Below, piece after piece: positions 51,650-64,000 of a stretch of DNA of 64,000 nucleotides. The stretch is taken from positions 81,525 through 145,524 of the forward strand of contig RHPI01003020.1 of NCBI GenBank assembly GCA_009103225.1, written 5' to 3'. Origin of the DNA: Chlorokybus atmophyticus (taxonomy: Eukaryota > Plantae > Mesostigma and Chlorokybus algae). The notes beneath the pieces were generated by a model that saw nothing but the letters and a program-made list of their open reading frames with translations, did no database searches and was not told the origin of the DNA. A program made the position numbers and the translations under genes. The stretch's first letter is position 1. Each line of letters begins with the position of its first letter.

Positions 51650-51770
51650 CATACACTATACACCCTGAATACTCAAGTTATATATATATACACCGTGAAT
51701 AACACCTCCTCAATACCCAGGGTGTAGTACACTATGCACCCTGAATACTCAGGGTGCATAGTATATTGTA
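51650..51770. repeat. Fold-back cluster of CACCCTGA motifs including a perfect 14-bp-stem hairpin (51731-51762)
   Basis: actatgcaccctga-atac-tcagggtgcatagt; related motifs at 51661, 51691 and 51718 in alternating orientation. Confidence 0.75.
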
Positions 51771-53413
51771 TAAGATGTTTTCTGTGTCGCGGCACTCTTC
51801 CCTGCCGGTTTCTTGCACGATGCATGTAGGCGTATGTCACCAGTACATGTAGCCGTACAGCCTGTACGGCATTGTGCATGGGTTCAAATTCAACTGAAAA
51901 AATTTCAAAAATGGAAACATTATTCTCTATTTCATACTCTTCGGGTACAACGCACCGTGCGAGGACGGATCTGTACGTACGGTCGATGTGCCCTGCTGGC
52001 TCGGCGTCAGTGGTGATAATGCTGGAGCACACCGCGCACAACATAAGCGTTGGATGGGTGGTGGTCGTGGTGCGTCACTGGTGGTGAAGCAGCCAGAGAA
52101 TAGTGTTTCATGGAACTTTCTGACTTGAATTGTCAGGTGCTGGGGAGCTGCATGTGGCATCATGCATGCGTGTTACAGCTCATGCATCAAGCTTACTGCA
52201 ACCTTCCTGTTATGAGCAGGCAAGGCCGCTTGTTTTCTCTCTTGCATTGCACCGGAACTTTTTTTACTAATGCAGCCTTGTGTTCTAAAGCTAGACTTGA
52301 TGGTGGATGTAGCTCCAATGTCTGTTACTCAGTACCCAGGCCGGGTGTCATGCTATTACCACTTACTGAGGCACATAACGGGCGGCGTGTGTGACACTGC
52401 CAGGCCAGGCGATTGTGCAACAGACGTCTATTGTAAGCCTGCATGCAGCAAACTGTATGCATAGCTGGCAAGGATCACGCTATTGCAAAACACTCCCACC
52501 ATCAGCGGATACTTTGCTGCCCAACATAATCAACAAAGCCCTTTGTAGACAAGCAGCTGTCTGCTGGCCAGTGGGTCATCAACGCCTGCTCAGTTAAAGT
52601 CTCTACCTATGATGTGTAGCCTGCTGCTGCTGCCTACCTTACTCGCTTTCCCCATGCAGAGTGTGTGCGAGCAGGGGCGGGCTCAAGACACCTATGCTCC
52701 TCAGCTTCTCCAGAGACATCTACCTCTACCTTTCCACCATCAGAGGCACATGCGACAACATCAGCATCCCCCCCGGCTTTGTGCTGTTTCCAAGATCTCT
52801 GCGGAAGAGCATCACCAGTGCCATGCACTGCACAATCATCACAGATGTTGTGAGTGACACAATCCACACAGGACTTACAGCCTCTGTGATGCTCTCTCTT
52901 CTCTCATGCTCTCGCCGCCAAGTCCAACAACATACCGGTACCGAGGTTATGATGATGAGAGTGCCCGATATATCGGGGCGACTCGGCGCTACATAAATCG
53001 AAACGGATGCAGCTCATGATAACCTTATTCCGTATCTGAGACGGCGCAGCAGGCGACAAGAATGGACATGGCGCTTGGCGCTATGGTGGTGGGCGTTAGA
53101 GCATCAGCCTATCCAGGTAGGGACGTTGGGTTGGGGTTGACGCCTCCTAGTTGGTGCCTTGTGTTCTTGTTTTGTCTTGAGTAGTAGCTACAGTGGCAGT
53201 CTTGTCACACTGGCCAAAATCTGTGTGCTGGTCTCGTCCCACTTCCAAGGCCAGGTGTCCGCCTCCGTTACATGCATGCATGCATGCAATCATGCAAGCT
53301 CAATTTGCTGTTGACTGTCAGCATACTCGGCCTCACCATGCAGGACGCACGCATGCCTGCGTGCATGCAGTGAAGCGCCTACTAAACTCAACCTCCCTAC
53401 ACTTGCCTGCAGC

Positions 53414-56403
<2,990 letters not shown>

Positions 56404-57851
56404 GAGCGTGACACTAGGGGCAAGTCTCTTGTGATTCAAGGGGGGGATCTTTATTGCGGTGCAATCGTCATCTACTGCTTCGGCACCTCCCTCCTACGAG
56501 ACATGTCCACCCCACATCTCAGGTCCAAGACGCTGCTGAGTAGTGTAGAGTGGCATAGTGGTGATGGACTTTCGCGTCGGTCGACTTGATGGTGGGACAA
56601 GAGTGCATGTATGACTGCGTGGGAGTGTGCATCCACAACCAGTCGGAGACAGCATGGCATTTTGTCCACGGCGAAGCAGTGTGTGGCAGTTGGCGCGGGG
56701 ATCGCGAGGGCACGAGGTGGTGCGGATGGTCCAGCTGAGTGAGGGGGAAGCATGTAGTCAGGAGACAACTACATGTGGCGAACCTCAGCCTCGTCAAGGG
56801 GGGGTAGAGTCTACACTCATTGGGTACATAGCTGAACAAGTTGGTGTTGTTTTCAAACGGAGGAGATATGCTGTGAGTAGCAGGGTGGTGTATGATTAGA
56901 AGCTGTGTGGTCTTGGAGGAGGAAGTAGGAGTACGTACGTTTCCATAGCAGCAGTAGACCTGAGCGAGCGAGGGGTAGAAGTAGTACATGACATTTATCG
57001 GAACATCTTCAATGCCAATGGTTGTCGTAGACTTGCTTACCTCCAAAAGTCTGTATGTAGGAGATTAACATAGAAAACATTGGGTGTGTCGCGTCATTTG
57101 TCCTACACTGATTTCCGCTCCTTACCCGGATGAGACATGGCCATCATGATCACATGCCCTTTTCTACTCTATTATCAATCCAACTGACTATAATTCTAGC
57201 ACATCCGCTATCGTGGCATCGTCATCATCGTGTCCTACAGTAGGCTTGTATTGCACCCTGCCCATAAATTCCAAGCCACGGCAATTTTGCTCCGTGAAGC
57301 AATAAAAGCTTGGATGTTTATCACGATATAAACGCCCCGATCATTTCTCACAAGGATACACACGCAAGCCATATGGTATACCTACGGTTGATCGCGTTGC
57401 AATGTGTGCAGTGCGATGTGATCAACTGGTGTTGGCACATGTGTGTCTTTCCGAATTGACGCCGTAATGGCAAGCAGAGCGACATGTACAAACAATGCGC
57501 AGTACTAGTGTGTGCGAGCCTCAACGGCATCCGTCGCGCTTGCGCTCGGAATAATCGTGGATACAATATCAAGATTGGCCACGGAATATGAAAAAACAGT
57601 TATGCTAAAACATTTCGCACATGGCCATGTGCACTTGTTGAAAATGACAACACATGAGGACATGCAGCGACCCTTCAATTTCATGCCTTTGTCTGCATCA
57701 CGTGACAGATATAACAACCATGTGGGTTACTGCAGAGCATTGCAAAGCTGCCCTGCAAGTATTTATTAATGCATAACTGCAGCAGGTTTTGCCCACATGA
57801 TGGCAACCAAGATTACCCGCATGGTCTATCAGATAAGGTGTATATATACAC

Positions 57852-59389
57852 TCACGGTCCGGCCATAATGGCGGCGGCAAGGTCCGCTCTACTCAGAGCG
57901 TAGCTGTACTTGCGCTCAATTGTGCGATCCCCCGGCCCGTCCGCAACATACCTGTCAATGGACGAAACATACATAACTAAATTACAACACAACATGGACA
58001 TTCTCGACAACATGAAACTGCAAGATGATGCGGGCGGGGAGGCCCACACATGCACGCATAAGTGCGCGCCGCTGCGCACATACACATCCGCACGTATGCA
58101 CACGCGCACGTGCGCATGCACCCGCACCCGCATGTATGCCCAAGCACCCGCGCACGCATGCGCACCGGCACACACGCACTTGCGCGAACGTTTATACTCA
58201 CCTTACAACAAACTCGGTGTCTTCCATTCTCAGCTCCGCGCTCCACTCCGCCTGCTGAACGCGCCACGTGGCCAGCGCCGTCGGCTCCTGCTTCCAACAT
58301 ATCAGCATCAACACCACAACAACGACACACACTCGCTCGACACAACAACCCAACTTGCCTGCTGGAAGCCCAGCGAGGTGAGCCACTGCTCGATGGCGGG
58401 AAGGCTGTGGTTGTAAAGCGGGCTGCTCGCGGCAGGCATCGGCCATTGATACCTGGTATTGATAAAAGCACTTGGTAATAGTTAACGCATGCATGTGGTG
58501 CGGTGGTCAAGCTGATCTCAGAAAAAAAAACGCAGAACAAAGAGAATGGCGGCAGTACCACTCCAACTACTCGCGCGGTGTTGCTGTACATCGGGTACAG
58601 GTATGTAGATTACATCTGTGTGTATGTGTGCGTGTGACAATCGAAAGGTGAGTTAGTCGACTGGATACTGAGAGGCAGAGTCAAGTTGTGTGGATGCGCT
58701 CTTTCAGGAATACGTGCAGTACACACAGCAGCATTACACACAAGCGGTACATTAGCTTCACTAATTACGACTGATTACTCTACCTTACACAGCATGCATA
58801 GCATTTCATGGTTGTTGCAAAAATAACAGCCTGGTCACATCAATACAGACCCCTGAACCTTCTCCTATACACAAAACACACCTAGAGACAGACGTGCACG
58901 CATACACACACAACCATACGCACTTGCAGACGTACGTTTGGTGAACACAGTCGCATCATGCCGCTCTCACTAGACTAACCCATCGCTTCTACTACCAACA
59001 CTACTGGCTCATTTGGCTTCTTGGCGACACACGAAACCGCTATTGTGCAGTGCATGCTTACCATGCAAACAGCAGCAAAGCACGCTGCCTTCTGCATACG
59101 ACCCTGCTAAGTGCATTGTCCATGCAACGAGGATACAGAAGCATGCTTACTTTTCCTGTGCATATGCGCTGCCTGGCCTGCAAATCCCTCGCCGGCGATG
59201 ATGACAGCACAGAGGCGGCAGCGGCGGCGGCAGGAGGCGGGGTGATAGCAGAGCAGAGGTGAGGGTGCTGGCTTTTGAGCTGAGAGATGGACAGGGAGAG
59301 GGTGATATCCTGCTAAGTGGACCTGTGTAGATACAGCGCCACCTGGCGGCGCTGCATGGCCCCGCCGCCGCCGCCGCCGCCGCTGCCAT
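57852..59389 (-). CDS. DUF3143-family plastid protein (cyanobacterial origin), 4 exons
   Basis: Transit peptide MAAAAAAAAGPCS...; spliced PLYNHSLPAIEQWLTSLGFQQ|EPTALATWRVQQAEWSAELRMEDTEFVVR|YVADGPGDRTIERKYSYALSRADLAAAIMAGP*, matching the recalled DUF3143 pattern PLYNH.LP.IEQWL...YSLSR.D...A...GP. Confidence 0.85.
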
Positions 59390-59923
59390 GACGCCGTCTG
59401 GGATGGCTGTAGGAATGAAGCAGTCGGCGCATAGGAATATCATAAGACAAGACCTTGATGTTGCTTAGTTGCTGCCTGCCTGCCTGCCTGTGTGACACAC
59501 GCACACTGTCGTGCAGATCTTGTAGTGTGAGACCTCATGCTTTGCATGACACCATTACCCAACCATTGCTGTTGCTTCAAACGATCGCGTGACACAACCA
59601 CAGCTACCGCAATGACACGCTACTTGCGCAGTTCGCAAGCAGTTGCGAACTTGCCATGTGCCTAGTTGCAAACAGCCATGCATGCCACCAACCTGCAAAT
59701 TAAAAGGACAGGATGTATGCACAACATAGTGCTCAACTGCAAACTAAACAAAGTTGATGCGGCTCAAGGGCACTACAACTACCAAGCTCACCCTACTAGG
59801 GAAGAATGGACAAAGGGACACTGCGTCTCGCAGAAACGTATCAAGTATTTCAGTTGAAGCTCTGCACACCTACGCTGCAAATTGGTATCTGTTCTCAAGT
59901 GTCTACATTCTCAGTTGTCTAGT

Positions 59924-62920
59924 CTACACTTGGTGGTCAGCACCACCCGGCCTTCGCCCGCGATGCAGGTACTTGTCTACACCTGTCTTGCCTGAAGTCA
60001 TCTGCACCTGCGAAGCACTCGATGCAGGCGTCCCACCAGGCCGAGTGACCCAATTGCCCTGCACAATGCCACGTTACTTGGTCACACAACCTTCACAATA
60101 CTTCATTTGCAACAGCCAGACACAGACACACTCTCACATTCTCATCTTGGAACTGGACGCTTTCCATCGAGTCCATCGGCACAAACTTGCTCGCGGACGC
60201 CAGGCGCCTATCGTGGTATTTGATGAAGCCCAACAGTGCCACGATCTCAATCAACTCGAGGAAGCTTATGGCCGAAGCGCCCAGGAAGAGGCCGCTGAGA
60301 CCGCCGATGTTGGCGATGAGAGCCCCGACCGTGACCGCAGCGGACTCGTTGAACTGAGTCAGGGTGAGGTCCGAGAAGTAGAAGTTGACGACGATCAGGT
60401 TCTCGTGCATGAACTCGAGCACCTCGTCGTACAGGGTCGCGTTGCTGAGGATATCATCCGTGTCGAATCCGAGCGTGAGGGAAGGCCAGCGCAGCAGCAT
60501 AGATGGAACGGACGCCTTTGATGGCATTTGCACTGTTGTGACTTCACCATGCACAAAGCGAGATTGGCAGAACCTGGAAGTACAGTTATTGTTAGAGACT
60601 TTGAAAAGCCAAACTGCTGCGACACACAAGAGCGAACGGCTATTGCATGACCAATTGTGCTTACGTGGTGAGAGTCAAGTTGAAGCAGTCCTGCAAGCAG
60701 CCGATGTCATCAGGTGCAACAGTATTGAGAAAGTCTGCTCGGTTGAACTTCTCCAGCTCAAAAGTGTCGTACGCTTCGAAACCAGCGCACTGAATCGCAC
60801 AGTCCAATGCTGCTGTCTTCGGAAGGTACGTGTCTCCTTTGCTCAAGTCAATGCACTTATCCCCTATGACAAACAGCACATGAAGCGTCAGACTTGCTCG
60901 GAAGCGCTAATGCAACCAATATGTTGCTGATGATCTTGGCAACTGACTCACCATAAGGTGGGCCAAGGTGGTTCTGCTCGGAAGCGCTAAGCTCTACATT
61001 CGACCACACTCCAGGCTGCAGAAGCTGTTGCACATAGCCAAGCGTGTATAATCAGCAACTGCCAGTGTTTGTTGGTTGAGGAAATAGAGTGAAACATATT
61101 AGACACATTGTTCGCGTGTATGCGTTTTGTGCGCATCCCACCATCCCCCCCCCCCCCCCCCCCCCNNNNNNNNNNNNNNNNNNNNNNNNNNNNNNNNNNN
61201 NNNNNNNNNNNNNNNNNNNNNNNNNNNNNNNNNNNNNNNNNNNNNNNNNNNNNNNNNNNNNNNNNNNNNNNNNNNNNNNNNNNNNNNNNNNNNNNNNNNN
61301 NNNNNNNNNNNNNNNNNNNNNNNNNNNNNNNNNNNNNNNNNNCACATCCCTATTAGCCCGCGTGCAGACACATGCACGCACGCGCGACATACCACTCTGT
61401 TATCCGGATTGATATGCTGCGTGGCCTCCTGGTTTGTTAGCAGACCATGATGATGCAGCTCGAAGGCGATGCCTGCGCCCCATGTTCGCGGGCAATAATC
61501 GTCCTGCACACAGCACAGCATCAGATACAAGCAACTGCAGGCGCCTGATTCTAGCAGATGCAAGGTATGCGTATCCAAACCGTGCAGGCATGTACAAGTG
61601 CATTGACAAAAGTAAGCAATGCTTGCACCTGCCCAACCAAGAGCCCGAGAGACAGTCCACCATCCGGGCCCTCCAGATAAGTATTCGCACTACCATAAAT
61701 GTCTGCCAGCGTGCGGCACATTAGCTGGGGCGTTAGCATAAGCACTGCAGCAACAACACCACGACAAAACTCACTGAAAGTGTAGGCAACGCCGTATCGC
61801 TGATTGGGAAATGGTGTTATTGAAGTGTAGAAATCGCTTGCAGAGCAATTCCGCCCTTGAAACGTGCATCCTATCAACATCGAGTCCAGCTGATGCGCAG
61901 AAGATAGAATCTGCACACACAACCGTGTGTTATGATTGATTTGCTTAATTGAGGCATCACCGATGCAGCTCAATTGTAAGTGTTACCTGTGACTCAGTCC
62001 AGTTAAGAGGATACCGCTGAAACCCACCACTCGCATCGCCAAACACGCCAGCTTCTGTGCTGCACATCTGACTAAAGTCAACAGTGTTCTCGACCGCAGA
62101 CCTCCTGACCTGCATGCCCAAACAAGTCTAAGTCCCACGCATGAACATCATGTGCTTCGTAGTGTCCACACGCACGCACGCACGCACGCACGCACCGGGT
62201 TCTGGTTCCAGATTGTGATTGAGGGAAACGCCAGGCCTGCGCCATAAGACTTGTCGATGAGTGCAACATTGGTGTTTGTATTTCGGTCGCTAAACTCGCT
62301 GATCTGCACGATAGCCAGCCAGAGGAAGATGGCCAGCCCGATGAGAAATATTGTGAACCAGATCAGCCTTCTCCGCAGACTGGTGTCGACACGCATGGCT
62401 CGCGGTATGGCTGCAAAGCAGAGGGTTCACATAATCATGTATGGCTTCATGGTGCACTGCCCGCAACAATTGGCATGATGCATGGCTGCGTGACAACAAG
62501 CACGCAGCTTTGCATCATGCTTAACACCAGGCAGGAAACGTAGCAAATGTAGCAAATTCTGTGACAAGCTTGCAAGAGCTTGTGCAGGGTGAAACGTGAA
62601 CATGCACAACGCACAGATGTAACATAGGTTATTGCAGAGACTGTGGGCCACATCCACACAGCAATGTTACCATGCAGGGTGAAGTCGCCACACAGCTCAT
62701 CGGCACGAGGGTCAAAGAGCCAGCTGGGTGTGCCTTTGTGAGCGCCTGCCTGCACGAGGGGCTTGACATCCGCCTCTTTGTCTGGCGGGGGGACCATGTC
62801 TGGAGCATCCAATATGGGTTGTGATGAAGAGGATTTCATGCTAGCGCCGCGGCGGAAAGAACGCTTTGAAGGCGAGTCCACGTCGCTTGACTGCACCACA
62901 ATGACGCCATGCTCCTCCAT
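59924..62920 (-). CDS. DEG/ENaC/ASIC-family (amiloride-sensitive-type) ion channel, 10 exons, 580 aa
   Basis: Exons 62920-62671, 62410-62196, 62109-61987, 61910-61775, 61702-61629, 61503-61393, 61015-60952, 60863-60665, 60573-60138, 60058-59924; all GT-AG, in phase, no internal stop. TM1 LIWFTIFLIGLAIFLWLAIV, FPSITIWNQNPVRRS, HQLDSMLIGCTFQGRNCSASDF, YGVAYTFN, LGPPYGDKC, TM2 ALIANIGGLSGLFLGASAISFLELIE. Confidence 0.92.
61166..61342. other. Assembly gap after poly-C, inside a channel-gene intron
   Basis: 177 N; the flanking exons join in frame. Confidence 1.
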
Positions 62921-63630
62921 CCTGCGCATGCATACAAGCTTAACACAATCGGATCAGCCCACGGTCTGGTTGGACGCACAGACACAGCGTTGTGAACACC
63001 ACATACCACACTTTCAAGTGCATGCGCAATGAGGTTGTGAGCGCAATCAGAGTGTCAAGCACAAGCTTTCAAGGGCTTGAGTGCTTGCTTTTGTCCCAAC
63101 TGGCAGCCGAACCACGTGAAACCGTCTGGCACACACTTTGCACGACACTGCGTACAGTGTTGGACACTTGGCCATTGTAAGCGAGAGAGAGAAGTAAGAA
63201 ACCAGAGTGTCCGCCATCAAAAATCAACGACGTGCAAACTAAATAGTGTGACTGTCTGCTCTGCGCTGCTGTGGGTGATCAGCACTGCGCGGTGATCTGT
63301 CAGCCACTGCTCCAGCGCAAGCGGCTGCTTGGGCAGGAGCAATATCAACAGACCGTCTCGCGACGCACAAGCAACAGTACATGCAAGCTGCACCAGACCA
63401 CACCAGGTCAGACCAGGCCACCGACAGCTACAGTACCTGGCAGCCGGTGTTGCAGCAGCGCCGGCCCGGCCTAGGCAGGCCAACAAGTGACGACCAACTC
63501 GCCTCCGCTGCCACTCCTTCTACTTCATCAACACAGCAGGCTCAGCAACCTGCTCGCTAACAGCGCGGGCGACGCTGCCGCGTCCACGGCGGCGGCGACA
63601 GCGGTGGCGACGCCGGCGGTATGCTTGGTC

Positions 63631-63831
63631 ATGTCAGATAGCGAAACCACCAGTCAGCACGTAAGTGTTGACCGGTAGAGCGGTGTCGTAGTGCTCTCTG
63701 CGTCTGGTGGCCTCAGGCGCGCCGCCGGTTTATGTCGGTCACTGGCAGTGGGTCAGTTTGTGTGCAGGCGATGCCCAGCCGCGAGATTCACCGACATCTG
63801 CAGTGCGCGTCTCCTGAGGTAGATGACACGG
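63631..63831 (+). CDS. Possible first exons of a divergently transcribed gene running out of the window
   Basis: ATG TCA GAT AGC...CAG CAC|gtaagt ... tgtgcag|GCG ATG CCC...CCT GAG|gtagat; strong splice signals, no recognisable domain. Confidence 0.3.
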
Positions 63832-64000
63832 GCACTCGGCGAATGCTTGTAAATGACCACGTGCGTCAACACCTTACGTTGCGCGGGAACTCGGAGGTCA
63901 TCAGAAACCCAACTCTATTTAGAGACTACAATAGACACAAAGAAACATAGATAAAAACATCAGATGCTCTTACCCCGTAGTTCTTCCCGCGGCACATGAA

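Noticed and set aside
56470-57330. ORFs 56519-57046 and neighbours as a gene or retroelement fragment
   Set aside because: No recognisable motif or consistent exon structure.
58570-58790. Solo-LTR-like stretch in DUF3143 intron 1
   Set aside because: No second copy in the window and no TSD for any TG...CA pair I tried.
60573-60665. Channel thumb model including VSNNNCTSRF (ORF-track frame) or a 25-nt intron
   Set aside because: The donor at 60664 is phase 2. The acceptor at 60574 has the right phase and a CTAAC branch point; nearer AGs are out of phase or give an implausibly short intron.
60895-60990. 16-bp direct repeat tgctcggaagcgctaa shared by a channel exon and the next intron
   Set aside because: Too short to indicate exon duplication; no alternative exon can be built from it.
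62921-62929. Channel start at ATG 62929 (MRRMEE)
   Set aside because: tgcgcag|G ATG looks like a splice acceptor, so 62929 is probably intronic; 62920 is preferred but unproven.

Overview
Intron-rich eukaryotic scaffold from a green plant lineage. This is inferred from plastid-targeted GPX and DUF3143 genes and a plant-type TBC Rab-GAP; an early-diverging streptophyte or other green alga is likely. 0.6-13.7 kb is a nest of decayed LTR retrotransposons: three Ty1/copia units with half-tRNA-iMet primer sites, a solo LTR with a 5-bp TSD, and a Ty3/gypsy-type gag carrying an 804-bp internal inversion. I reconstructed six apparently intact spliced genes by hand: a Cys-type glutathione peroxidase (16.4-18.0 kb, -), two inverted paralogues of a secreted heparinase II/III-like polysaccharide lyase (25.8-29.5 kb - and 53.4-56.4 kb +), a TBC1D15/Gyp7-like Rab-GAP (42.4-45.8 kb, -), a DUF3143 plastid protein (57.9-59.4 kb, -) and a 10-exon, 580-aa DEG/ENaC/ASIC-family ion channel (59.9-62.9 kb, -). 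The channel and the lyase pair belong to families not known from land plants, yet carry host-type introns, and are the main highlights. At 34-40.7 kb, a decayed SET-domain/coiled-coil ORF cluster ends in an array of ACCAT-NN-ATGGT palindromes and may be a large transposon carrying a chromatin modifier. No rRNA, tRNA or CRISPR was found. There are four N gaps, mostly at poly-G/C tracts. All gene models and homology calls come from manual reading and motif recall, not from database searches.
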